Positions 1-12,120 are shown, counted from the first letter of the whole stretch. The stretch is DNA of 63,802 bases, filler included, from Octopus bimaculoides (GCF_001194135.2; 6 parts of 6 records of this genome joined end to end with filler, not necessarily neighbours in it), one strand, 5' to 3'. The notes: a model not told the origin generated them from the sequence alone. A program made the numbers and translations.

Positions 1-419
1 TATATATATATAAATATATATATAAAATTATAATAAGGGTGTTGAATGATTATAACACCAGTCTGCTAGAAATAGACCCCAAAAGGTCTATGAACCACTT
101 AGATTATTACTCCACTACACAAGGTTGTAAGCAAGGAAAACAGAAAGTAAGGATTTATAATATAATTTCGATAGTCCCAAATCCATAGATTTCACGGTAT
201 GAGTTATTAAAAACCCTTTCCAATCATCAGTGGCAACATACCAAACATATATAAATGAAAAATATATTATACATACTGCCATAAGCACAAATAATGTACA
301 TGCATTTTCGCACGTATTCACGAATTAAAATCTAAGTGTCTTTTTCAACCATATGCTTATTTACTCAGAATAGTTCCTAATTATGTATAAACATATATAT
401 ACACACACACACATATATA

Positions 420-630
420 TGGTAAGTGAGCAAGACCTTTGGCAATTTGCTGTGCTTGAGAAGACTTGTGAAACCAAGTAAAATTATAGTCATGGCTAGA
501 GCCAGTGACATGTAAAAGGCACCCACTACACTCTTGGAGCTCTCTGGCTTACCAGTTCCAGTCAAATTTTCTAACCTTTGCCAGTATGGAAAACGGACAT
601 TAAATGCACTAAATGATGATGATGATATAT
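420..630 (+). mobile_element. RTE-type LINE/SINE 3' tail ending in (GAT)n; same family at ~20320-20460, 21230-21410, 23290-23430, 24200-24580, 26060-26240, 29620-30000, 34200-34430, 35690-35820
   Basis: Shared block ...gtcaaa..gtccaacccatgccagcatggaaaacggacgttaaatgatgatgatg recurs in both orientations; short tandem-repeat 3' tails are typical of the RTE clade. Boundaries approximate. Confidence 0.7.
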
Positions 631-1264
631 ATATTTATATATGTAGTAGTTGAAACAGGGACAACTGACAAAGGGGTATACTCTTTATGTTGCATATCTT
701 GTTTCTGTTTGTTTTTTTCATTGTTCAAAAAATGATCGTTTTCTATGTTTTCGTTTTTATGTTTTTGTTTCTCATAGTGTTTAATGTTTTTTTGATGTCC
801 TTGTGCCCATATATGCATGTATGTATACATATAGATGTAGGTATGTACATATATGTATGGATATATTTATATATTATTTATATTATATATATATATGTAT
901 ATATGTATGTATATATACATATTTATACATATATATATATATATATATATATANNNNNNNNNNNNNNNNNNNNNNNNNNNNNNNNNNNNNNNNNNNNNNN
1001 NNNNNNNNNNNNNNNNNNNNNNNNNNNNNNNNNNNNNNNNNNNNNNNNNNNNNNNNNNNNNNNNNNNNNNNNNNNNNNNNNNNNNNNNNNNNNNNNNNAT
1101 ATATATACACACACACACACATACACAATCGCATGCATGCACATGCACCCACACACACTAACACAAACACACACATATAATATACAATTGCATCATGGGG
1201 TCATTAGAGATGATGGCGGTGTTAAAAAGAAAGCACCACTTCTAAACTGAACCAGCCTTGTTAA

Positions 1265-1690
1265 GGTGGCAGCTAGATTTTCTGAAACATGGCAGCTAAA
1301 AAAATCTGTTGAATATAGCAACCTATAAAGAAATTTTGTTAAATATGGCAGCTATAAAAGTTTGCCAGATATGGCAGGCAAATTATTTTGTTAAATATGG
1401 TAGCTAGAAAACTTGTTGAATATACCAGAACCATCTTTTGTCTAATATCACAACTGGATTTTATTAAAAATAGCAGTGAAGACTTTTTTGTTGGCTGGAA
1501 GATTCTGTTAAATGTGATACTAAAGAAATAATTTTCTGATGTAGCCGTTAGAATGTTTTGTTAAATATTATAGGGAAAAAATTTTTGTCAAATATGGCAG
1601 CTATGATATTTTGTCAAAAATGGCAACTAAAAATTTTTATTTAATATTGCAAACAGAAAATTTCAATGAATATGGCAGCTAAAAACCTTA
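1265..1690. repeat. Degenerate minisatellite, ~25-40 bp unit with core TTGTTAAATATGGCAGCTA
   Basis: Core atatggcagcta and variants recur more than 10 times. Confidence 0.75.
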
Positions 1691-2234
1691 CAAATAACTT
1701 TGAAATATCTGTTTTTTATACAAAGCAAACATTTATATTTGTAAATTTAGTTCTGATAAACATACCACAAAGTAACAAGGTTACACAAAGATAACTTGAA
1801 TGTACAGAATAAGCCTATCTAGAGTTGTAGATTCAAGTCGCAAGTCTTTGTGTAAATGCATTAAACTTCCTTAAACAAAATATTAAAAAACATAAAGGTG
1901 TATTCCTTGTTCAATCCTAGTTTAGTACACAAAATATTTGATGTCACGTAAAATAAGTTTCTTCTTGTATTCCATATTTTCAAATGGCAGCTAATACAAT
2001 GAATAAAATATTTTCTTGACTGAAATCTTTATTTGAATGTTTATTCAATATTTTTATATTTTTGGTGTTATATTTTTTCCTGTTACCATTTTCTTTCGGT
2101 TTAAATTCTTTGAGACATATTCATTTATACATTTAAAAGCATCTTCTTATTGTTCAAGTTGTAAACATTTTCTTTCTAAAACCAACAAGGGAGAAGCCGA
2201 CTAAACATTTTGCTACCCTATCATAGTAATAATA

Positions 2235-4580
2235 ATTATAAACCTGAAATTTGTGGGGAGGGGACAAGTCAATTACATCGACTCCAGTGCATAACTGGTA
2301 CTTGATTTATCAACTCTGAAAAGATGAAAGGCAAAGTCGACCTCAGTGGAGTTTGAACTCAGAACATAGCGACGGGCAAAATACTGCTAAGCATTTCGTC
2401 CAGCATGCTAACGATTCTAGCCCTCATAATAATAATAATAATATTAATAATAATAATCCTTTCTACTGTAGGCACTAAAACCTGAAATTTTGAGGAAAGA
2501 ACCAGTCAATCACATTGACCCCAGTGCTCCACTGGTGCTTATTTTACTGACCCTGAAAGGGTGAAGGGCAAAGTTGCATTTGAATTTAGAACATAAAATA
2601 GGAAGAAATGCCACTAAGCCTTTTGTCTGGTATCTTTCATCTTGTTTCAGACGTTTGACTGTGGTCATGCTGGTGCACCACCTTGAAGGGTTTTAATCAA
2701 ATGAATTGACCCCCAGGACTTATTTGTTAAGGGCAACATGCCATGCTTGAGAAGTTGTGGCCGATGCCAGTGCTCGTGCCAACATACCTTGGTCAGCGTG
2801 CAACAGAAATAAAAAATTGAAGAGATTGTTACCAAAGGAAAGCAATGTTTACTCGACCATATTGGTCTTAGCGCAATTTCTCATTGCTGTTGAGTTGATC
2901 ATTCAAGTTTTTTGTGCTTTGTGTTGAAAATCTTGGATATTACTGTTTTTCTATTTGTTTCATTTATTATTTTTTTGTGGGTTGTTAAGGAAGACATTGT
3001 TTCCCTCCTTCCTTAACAAATCCTTTACATTTTTAATATCTTCAATTGTTAAATTGAGCTCTTCTTTTGTTCGTTTTGTTGCGGAGGTGAAACCATTACT
3101 GTTTCGTTTGTTGTCATTATTATTAGTGTTTCTGCTTTATGTTTTCATTGCTCTATTCCTCCTTCTCCAGTGTAGGAACAATAGTGTTAGTGAGAGGAGG
3201 GAAATTGTCATTCGAAAGGCAGTTTAAAATACCGCTGTCACTCTCTTCTTCAGCATTGCACACGATGGAGCATTTTTTGTCATCCTCCTCTCAGCCTTTT
3301 CAGGCATGAAGTGGATGGAGACAGTTAACTTTGGAAATTTCGTTGTTGTTATTCGACAGCAGAGGGGGTAATTCAGAAAGAAAGGGTGTGTTTTGTTCAT
3401 CATCCACAAAACAAACCCTATTGAGGGATCTTTTGAGCAGGATGGGCTACTTGACCTGAAGGAAATTCTAACTGGGCCCCACATGCAAGGTCATGCACTG
3501 TTTATCTTGATGTGAGACCACCATGTCGCACACATATGGTTGTGATGCATGGATCTGGTGTACCCTTATCAGACAAGTAGTCATGGTGGGTATATTGGAC
3601 TTCATATATTTGTACCCCAACATCACTTTGATGGCATCCATTGCTCTCTCACTCAATAATAATAATGATAATAATTTGCCCAGTGTGCTAATAATTCTGC
3701 TAGTTCAATAATAACTATTCTTTCTACTAAAGACACAAGGCCTGAAATTTGGCGGGAGGGGACTAGTCGGTTACATCAACCCCAGTGTATAACGTGTACT
3801 TATTTTATCAACCTCCAAGGGATGCAAGGCCAAATCAACTTTAGCAGAATTTGAACTCAAAATATAAAGATAGACTAAATGTCACTTAGCATTTTGCCCG
3901 GTGTGCTAACGATTCTGCCAGCTTGCTACCTTAATAATAATAATAATAATAATTCTTTCTACTATAGGCACAAGGCCTGAAATTTTGGGGGAGGGAGTAA
4001 GTCGATTACATTGACCCCAGTCCTCAACTGGTACTTATTTTATTGACCCTGAAACGATGAAAGGCAGTCAACTCCAGTGGAATTTGAACTCAGAATGTGT
4101 AAACAGACAAAATACTGCTAAGCATTTCGTCTGGCATGCTAACGATTCTGCCATTTCACCGGCTTAATATTAATAATTTTTTTTTCAAATTTTGCCACAA
4201 GGGCATCAATTTTGGGGGAAGGGATGAGTCGATTACATTGACCCCAGTTTCCAACTGGTACTTATTTTATCAACCCCAAAAGGATGAAAGGTGAAGTCGG
4301 CCTCAGAGCATAGTGACAGGCAAAACACGCAAAGCATTTCGTCCGGCATGCTAATAGTAGTAGTAGTAGTAGTTCCAAATTTTAGCACATGGCCAGCAAT
4401 TTCAGCTGGTGGGGTAAATCGATTACATCAACCCCAGTGTTCAGCTGGTACTTCTTCTATCAACCCCAAAAGAATGAAAGGCAAAGTTGACCTCAATGGA
4501 ATCTGAACCCAGAACACAGAGACAGATGTAAAGCCACTAAACATTTTGTCTGGTGTTGTAACAATCCTGCCAGCTTAATG
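2235..4580 (-). mobile_element. Cluster of ~6 co-oriented copies of a tRNA-derived SINE (family B); other copies at ~18950-19100, 30010-30350, 39530-39850, 43640-44040, 52850-53080, 57660-57840, 58720-58920, 59190-59630, 62720-62850
   Basis: Repeated block aggcacaaggcctgaaattt...gtcgattacat(c/t)gaccccagt...ggcaaagtcgacctc...gaatttgaactcagaa...ctaagcatttc...gctaacgattctgccagc; its reverse complement has box A/box B-like motifs (gagttcaaattcc); copies separated by (TAA)n. Confidence 0.85.
3380..3650. repeat. Interspersed repeat, partial inverted copy of the element at ~51660-52110
   Basis: 3425-3650 is the near reverse complement of ...catgactacccgtctgttaagggtac...cacaaccatatgtgcgcgacatggtgatctc...cccagttagaatt... 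at 51690-51900. Confidence 0.7.
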
Positions 4581-4789
4581 ATGACAATGACAAAGTGAAT
4601 CTTGTTGGTAAATACTGAACGAGTCTTGTTAATAGATGTTGTATTTTTTAAATATTTAATACGAAAATTAAAATAAATACATCAGAAACATCATCATCAT
4701 CATTTTCACAGTCAACATAATCTTTCCCCACCAACAAGTAACATCAGCATCACCACCTCCACCACCATCAACTGCAACCACCTGTGTTA

Positions 4790-4928
4790 TTAACCTGCAG
4801 CTGACTTCTTTGGTTCTGCCTCAGGAAAGTGGACCTCACAGTTTGGCATTTGACGTCTCATGTGTTCTAAACATTCTTTCTTGCGTCGTATCTCAGGTAA
4901 GTTGGACAGGTAAAGGTAGTGTAAGTTC
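4790..4928 (-). CDS. DMAC2L: Last coding exon of mitochondrial ATP synthase subunit s (factor B) / DMAC2L homolog
   Basis: Acceptor tctctctcacacag|g (phase 2), then NLHYLYLSNLPEIRRKKECLEHMRRQMPNCEVHFPEAEPKKSAAG*. This resembles my recollection of the human ATP5S C-terminus (RNLKYLLLSDLPGVREKENLVQAFKTALPSLEL). Similarity judged by eye. Confidence 0.75.
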
Positions 4929-5119
4929 CTGTGTGAGAGAGAAGGGGTGTGAGAGAGGTGGAGTGCATTGCTGAAAAAAGGAGAGAGAGAGCATGTGTGA
5001 AAGAGAGGAAAGTTCACCATGCGGAACGTTCACCAAAAAAATGCATCCATAATATTAATAGTTAAAAACTATTTTATTGCAAAAAAAAAAAACCATTCAA
5101 TTGACGACAGTAAACTTAC

Positions 5120-5134
5120 TGGACATGTTTATAT
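5120..5134 (-). CDS. DMAC2L: Visible 3' stub of the penultimate DMAC2L exon; the remainder lies in the assembly gap
   Basis: a tat aaa cat gtc ca|GTAAGT: perfect donor, phase 2 matching the acceptor at 4929, 191-nt intron; joined peptide YKHVQNLHYL aligns with human LRHLRNLKYL. Confidence 0.55.
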
Positions 5135-5379
5135 NNNNNNNNNNNNNNNNNNNNNNNNNNNNNNNNNNNNNNNNNNNNTTAATTAATTAANNNNNNNNNN
5201 NNNNNNNNNNNNNNNNNNNNNNNNNNNNNNNNNNTATATATATGTATGTATGTATGTGTGTGTGTGTATGTATGTATGTATGTATGTATGTATGTATGTA
5301 TGTATGTATGTATGTATGTATGTATGCATGGATGTATATTTATATATATTATGAAATGCGAGCGTTAAGCAGTGACGTG

Positions 5380-5600
5380 TATACATGCGATGTTATTACC
5401 AGTTCGAAAGATGCTAGTGGCAAGTTCGAGTTCGTAAACAAGTCATCCACTGGTTTTGTCATGGAGAAAATTTCTCGCTGTAGCCGAGACAACTTGACCT
5501 CCTACTGCCCAAGGTCCCAGATGAACCTATATCACGTAAGAGACTCAAAAGAGGCCGCAGAAGATCGAACTCCCTTTTCCAGAAAAATGCCAATCACAAA
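5380..5600 (+). mobile_element. Decayed LINE (CR1/Jockey-like) RT C-terminal fragment
   Basis: An alternative frame reads ..LDLLLPKVPDEP...RRSNSL.., resembling the LD..L..VPDEP...SNSL ends of non-LTR ORF2; contains stops. Confidence 0.4.
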
Positions 5601-5789
5601 AGAATGGCCATTGAAAAGGTGATAACACTGATGGTGCCCCAGCATGGCCATTACCTTTGGAATGAAACGCATAAAAGAACATATATATAGAATATATGTA
5701 TCGATATATAGATAGAAAGAGAGCTAGATACAAACGTACACACACACACACAATATATATATACATATATACATATAGTTAAAATTTAC

Positions 5790-5965
5790 AGAAAACAACA
5801 GACGAAGACAGGTGAGGGAACAACAAGCAGGTGTATTAGGTTAACGCTTGGGTAGAATAGAAAAGTCCTTGACGTTTCGAGCCTACGCTCTTCTACAGAA
5901 AGAAACACGGAAAGAAACAAGGAGAGAAAAAATGTGTGTAGTAGTCAGCGATCTATCATGGCGAA
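5790..5965 (-). mobile_element. Penelope-like terminal (pseudo-LTR) repeat; related copies at ~19650-19800, 25130-25320, 39400-39520
   Basis: Recurrent (gac)gtttcgagcctacgctcttc..cag block; reverse complement ctg..gaagagcgtaggctcgaaacgt has the CTGA..GA/GAAACGT layout typical of PLE ends. Confidence 0.55.
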
Positions 5966-5969
5966 TGCC

Positions 5970-6006
<37 letters not shown>

Positions 6007-6879
6007 NNNNNNNNNNNNNNNNNNNNNNNNNNNNNNNNNNNNNNNNNNNNNNNNNNNNNNNNNNNNNNNNNNNNNNNNNNNNNNNNNNNNNNNNNNNNNN
6101 NNNNNNNNNNNNNNNNNNNNNNNNNNNNNNNNNNNNNNNNNNNNNNNNNNNNNNNNNNNNNNNNNNNNNNNNNNNNNNNNNNNNNNNNNNNNNNNNNNNN
6201 NNNNNNNNNNNNNNNNNNNNNNNNNNNNNNNNNNNNNNNNNNNNNNNNNNNNNNNNNNNNNNNNNNNNNNNNNNNNNNNNNNNNNNNNNNNNNNNNNNNN
6301 NNNNNNNNNNNNNNNNNNNNNNNNNNNNNNNNNNNNNNNNNNNNNNNNNNNNNNNNNNNNNNNNNNNNNNNNNNNNNNNNNNNNNNNNNNNNNNNNNNNN
6401 NNNNNNNNNNNNNNNNNNNNNNNNNNNNNNNNNNNNNNNNNNNNNNNNNNNNNNNNNNNNNNNNNNNNNNNNNNNNNNNNNNNNNNNNNNNNNNNNNNNN
6501 NNNNNNNNNNNNNNNNNNNNNNNNNNNNNNNNNNNNNNNNNNNNNNNNNNNNNNNNNNNNNNNNNNNNNNNNNNNNNNNNNNNNNNNNNNNNNNNNNNNN
6601 NNNNNNNNNNNNNNNNNNNNNNNNNNNNNNNNNNNNNNNNNNNNNNNNNNNNNNNNNNNNNNNNNNNNNNNNNNNNNNNNNNNNNNNNNNNNNNNNNNNN
6701 NNNNNNNNNNNNNNNNNNNNNNNNNNNNNNNNNNNNNNNNNNNNNNNNNNNNNNNNNNNNNNNNNNNNNNNNNNNNNNNNNNNNNNNNNNNNNNNNNNNN
6801 NNNNNNNNNNNNNNNNNNNNNNNNNNNNNNNNNNNNNNNNNNTATATATATATATATATGTGCATATATTATATGCATG

Positions 6880-6914
<35 letters not shown>

Positions 6915-6917
6915 ATA

Positions 6918-6954
<37 letters not shown>

Positions 6955-8069
6955 ATGTCTATATGTATACATCTATCTAAACAAACATATATATATACAG
7001 TCATGCATGCATAGCGATACATAAATATATCCATAAATTCATATATATCAACACTTATCCATCCATCCATCCATCCATCCATCCATCCATACATACATAC
7101 ATACATATATTTCTCAATACATGTTTTGATATCACAACATATAACCATCAAGTGCCCTGAAGTTGAGCAAAAGTAATGTTCTTATATATATATGCAAGAA
7201 TAGACAGGTAAAATGCACAACGATGTACGAATATTAATGATAATATAAATATCGATTTTACCCGATGGAAATAAGTATCGTAACTCCTGGGAATGTCCAT
7301 CCACAGACTACAGTTCGCACTTATTCTTCCAAGCTGTCCCGAATGGGCACCAGAACAACGGCAGATGTTTACCCTCGTTGTAGTCCACAAGCATTTCGCA
7401 TATACGTGATTAAATGTGATATATTTAATGTACCTTACTATCTAGGAATGTCCAGCAACTCGCTACAGTCCAGCGAGCTGTTCACCAAGCTGTCTACCAT
7501 GTTAACAATATATACCCGACCAAACCAGACCAGAGTTGACCAGATCAGAGCAGACCAAATCAGATTAGACCGGGCGTGACCACATGGAGGTGTTCAGGTG
7601 TACGTAGTGTAGTCCACAAACTGTTTACATACATGTCAGGTACCACATCTTCTGGGAATGTTCAGTTACAGATCACAGCACATCAAATAATCTACTGATA
7701 GTTCACACGTCGTCAGCAGTAGATCACAAAAGATCAACGGATCAGGGATCATCTGGAAACGTTCAAACTCGTAGAAGTCCAAGTAACAATTTATATATGC
7801 GTCGATTGTAGTAAGTATTAGATCTGCGAATGTTTAATTCTACGAACTACAGTCCAGCAAGCTGTCAAAAGTAGGTATCAGAGCGTCTGGGAATATTCAG
7901 GCTGAGGTCTTAGACCAGTCGAACCCAACTAGAGCTAACTAGACTTGTCCAGTCCTGCTGGTTTATTCCAGATCAGACCAGATCAATCCAGAACTGAGAA
8001 CATTCCGTTCGTCTTGCTTCATTTTCTTGGCCTCTGGATCTGACCCTTAAAACTTTGCGATGACTGGCG

Positions 8070-8100
8070 TGTTTGTGATGGCTGTGTGTGTGTGTGTATG

Positions 8101-8131
<31 letters not shown>

Positions 8132-8845
8132 AAGTGTGTTCCTGTGGGATTAGTGGTGTATGTGTGTGATGTTTCCTGTGTGCGTATGTGCAATGTATAT
8201 TTACGTTTGCACATATGTGATGCATAGTGCGTTTATGCAAATACATGTGTATGTGTGTGTGAGATGACGGATGTGTGTGTATGTATGTCACAACTGGTGT
8301 GTGCGGATGAGTGTGGTGATGGAAGTGTGTGTATGCGTGTATTGAGTGGTGTGTGTGTGTGAGTAGGTTTTTTGATGACGGGTGTGTCCGTGTGTATATG
8401 CGTACATATGTCTATGTGTGTGTGTGCAAGCGCGCATGTGTCTCTGTGTGTATATGTACAAGTTAGTGTGTATATACATTAGCGTAGAGCTAATACGTAG
8501 ATGCATTGGTGTGCATATGTGTGTATATGTGTGACAAGATGGCTTATGTGTGTATGTATGTGCGTACTTATGAATGTGTGTGTATGTGTGTGCTAGCAAA
8601 TATGTATTAGCAAATATGTGTGTGTATTTGTGTGCGTATATATGTAAAAGTGGTGTGCATGTGTGCAACAGCTAGAGTATGTGTGTATGTATGTGATAAC
8701 TTATGAATGTGCGTGTATGCATGCACTGCAGTGTGTGTATTTGACTGGTGGTGTATATGTATTATGTATGTGTGTGTATATGTATGTGATTTAAGTGTAT
8801 AAGTGTGTGTTTTTAATGGTTATTGTATATACATATATATATACC

Positions 8846-8890
<45 letters not shown>

Positions 8891-8990
8891 ATACCACAAT
8901 CGTAGTGTGTATGTGACCACTTGTGAGTGTATGTATGTTTAACTGGTCTGTGCGCGCAGGTGTATATATATATACATATATATATATGTG
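8070..8990. repeat. Degenerate (TG)n/(TA)n/(CTAT)n low-complexity tract; similar tracts at 10140-10385, 25490-25830, 40700-41040, 49630-50160, 58110-58460
   Basis: Directly visible; accounts for the His/Thr/Val/Cys/Tyr-rich spurious ORFs. Confidence 0.95.
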
Positions 8991-9180
8991 TGTGTGTATG
9001 TTTGTCTTTTCTTTACTTCAGCCATTGGGCCGCGGCTTTGAAAGTGTTTTGCTGAACGAATTGACCCCAGTACATTTTTGAAGTTAACTACTTATTTTTG
9101 GCCCTACCGCTAAGTTGCGAGGACGTAAACAAACCGATCAACAGCAGTTGTTAAACCACAAAGACGGAGACGCGCGCGCG

Positions 9181-9246
<66 letters not shown>

Positions 9247-9346
9247 NNNNNNNNNNNNNNNNNNNNNNNNNNNNNNNNNNNNNNNNNNNNNNNNNNNNNN
9301 NNNNNNNNNNNNNNNNNNNNNNNNNNNNNNNNNNNNNNNNNNNNNN

Positions 9347-9399
<53 letters not shown>

Positions 9400-9997
9400 A
9401 CATTGAAGTAGAAGACACTTCGTACCGCGCCGTTGGACTGAACCCGGAACCATGAGATTCAGAAGCATCACACCTGGTATGTACATTTGTTTACAGCAAT
9501 TTTTTTTTAACATTTAAATCTACTCACACACACATATGCACACACACAGAGGACAACGACTGTCAAATCGATATGTTTCGTGTCCCACGAGGGGATTCTT
9601 CATCGAACTCGCTTTCAAATCACTACCTTTGGCAACGGTGAGGCCCAGCTTTCGGTGCCAATGAATAAATCGTCAGCAACATTCTGAGTTCAAACTCTCA
9701 CCGCGGAAAGTTTTACGTTTTAACTTTATTCCCTCTCAGATGTTCATCGAAATACCAGTAATATAATTAGGGTTAAATTTAATTGCCTATACCCCCATGC
9801 TGTCCCTTGCATAATTCTGACTTCCCGCTATCCAATGTAAGACATCCTTCTTCTAATATTTCTGTGACAATGAATTAGCATTTATTTTCATTGCTTCAGC
9901 CATTGGACTGCGGCCATGCTGGGGCACCACCATGAATGGTTTTAGAACAAATCAACTCCAGTACTTCGTTTTTTTTCTATCGGTCATTTTTGCCCAG

Positions 9998-10040
<43 letters not shown>

Positions 10041-10140
10041 NNNNNNNNNNNNNNNNNNNNNNNNNNNNNNNNNNNNNNNNNNNNTTAATTAATTAANNNN
10101 NNNNNNNNNNNNNNNNNNNNNNNNNNNNNNNNNNNNNNNN

Positions 10141-10201
<61 letters not shown>

Positions 10202-11127
10202 TACAGACATACACAGTGTACATACAAGCACACACACATTCGCAATGTACATACATGCACACACATGTACACAATGTGCATACACACACACATACACACA
10301 CATACATACACACACATACATACACATACACACACATACACACACATACATACACATACACACACATACATACACATACACACACGATCACATGATGGCT
10401 CCTGCACAGTTTCTGTCGACTCAATTTACTCAAATGTCGTATGTAAGGATTTCAAATGTTATACAAATGTAAAAAAGAAACAACGAACACACAGAAAGAC
10501 ATTTTTTGTTGATGAAGTTCTTTTTTTCCTCCTCATTTCTATGTCTTCTCTTCTCAATCACTTAAGATGTTATTTATGACATGTCGAGAACTTATTGTGG
10601 CGCAGTATCATATATCAACAGTCCGGTATATATGCTATTTATTGACAAATTTATCACAATATTCAAATAATATTCTTTGTGAATGCACATTATACATCAA
10701 AATAATATTTTCTCTTATCTCCAATGTTATTTTCAATGTTATCAGTTATGAAATTCTATGGAGGAAAAAAAGATATCAAGCCTCACCATCGTGCATCGGC
10801 AAGTTACACTTAGCTTGAATTCCGAAGAAACGAGACAAATAATGGCTTATCCTTCATTTTTTTTTTGTGGGGAGGAGAATTTTCGCGGGGCTGACGTAAT
10901 CAACATATTTTTTTTCTATCATTGCTTTTAGATTACTCCCCTACCATTATTATTTTACAGGATGCTATCTTCTCTAAATACTATCGAAATATCTGTGCCA
11001 GTGTTCACAATTGCGCTTGTTTAGCAAACGGCTTGATTTCAGATTGTGTATTGTTGAAAGTACATTTACAGCGTAATAGAGACACGATTACAATTTAAAG
11101 TACACACGGATACGCACACATACACAA

Positions 11128-11159
<32 letters not shown>

Positions 11160-11220
11160 ACACACACACACACTCACATATACACACACACGCACACACA
11201 CATTCGCATATGTAAATACT

Positions 11221-11773
11221 AATATAATAATAACAATAATTCTAGGATGGAGTTTATAAATATTTAATACATCACTACGCGCGTTTCCACAAATCACATG
11301 ATCTTAACATCACAGTCGGTATCCTTGGGATTAGAACAGTATAGTCCGTATTATCCCTGGCTATCCAGTTGATCATCATCATTGATTCATTTCATCAGGT
11401 GATACTGCATTATTGGATGAATCACAGAGGGATGTTTATGCCTTCTTGCCAGTATGAAGGCCAATCTGGCTATGAGAGTATTTCTGTAAGGGGAGGTAGT
11501 TAACGTGTGTAGAGGAAGGTTAGTAGTACTATAAGAATGGATTCGTGTGTGGTGGTGTTGGATTTACTTGCTATTCATTCTGCAGATCCAGTAGTACAGT
11601 ATCACCCGATGAAATGAATCAACGATGAGGATTAACTGGATATCCAGGGATAATACGGACTAATACCAAAGATACCAACTCTGATGACAAAATCATGTAA
11701 TTTGTGGAAACGTGCGTAGCGATGTATTAAATATTTATAAATTCCATTCTAGAATTACTGCTATTATTATATT
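11221..11773. mobile_element. Long inverted-repeat element (~190-200 bp arms), probably paired Penelope-type termini or a foldback/MITE
   Basis: Left arm aatataataataacaataattctaggatggagtttataaatatttaatacatcactacgcgcgtttccacaaat... is the reverse complement of right arm ...atttgtggaaacgtgcgtagcgatgtattaaatatttataaattccattctagaatt...; right arm has CTGATGA (11681) and GAAAC (11707). Confidence 0.75.
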
Positions 11774-11944
11774 TAATTATATTTATCCTACATTATATCG
11801 GTATAACAATGATGCAATCCCGAAAAACCAACTCACTAGTCAGTATCATTAGAAAGTAGCAGGTATAATGAAATATGAGCTTTATTTGAATATACCTAAT
11901 GTTACCTTAAACGAATTTAAAAGATACATATGTATATATATGTA

Positions 11945-12120
11945 TACTAGCAGCTAAGCCCGGTTTCACCCGGTCGGTTTGGACGATGAGGCTGTAAAAC
12001 CTGCTCTGTGTAAGCATTCGACTCGTTTGGGTACGATTAGGTTAAAAACAGTTTTAGAATGACTTTTTCCAGGTAAGGGTGATCCAACTCACGGACGCGC
12101 CTCAGTCCCTGGCCATATGT
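11945..12120 (+). mobile_element. Possible Helitron/Helentron-associated (Lep1/HINE-like) 5' end
   Basis: atactagcag..aagcccggtttcacccggtc resembles the ACTAG...CCCG...CCCG start of such elements; no 3' end identified. Confidence 0.35.

Noticed and set aside
687-1250. Long ORFs made of HT/VC/YI/LS repeats or spanning N-runs throughout the window (e.g. 5848-7014, 14154-15044, 46096-47346)
   Set aside because: Translations of microsatellites and gaps; no coding evidence
5179-5190. TTAATTAATTAA centred in N-runs (also ~10085, 18803, 39315, 62628)
   Set aside because: Identical six-frame-stop linker always embedded in ~100-nt gaps; an assembly/scaffolding artefact
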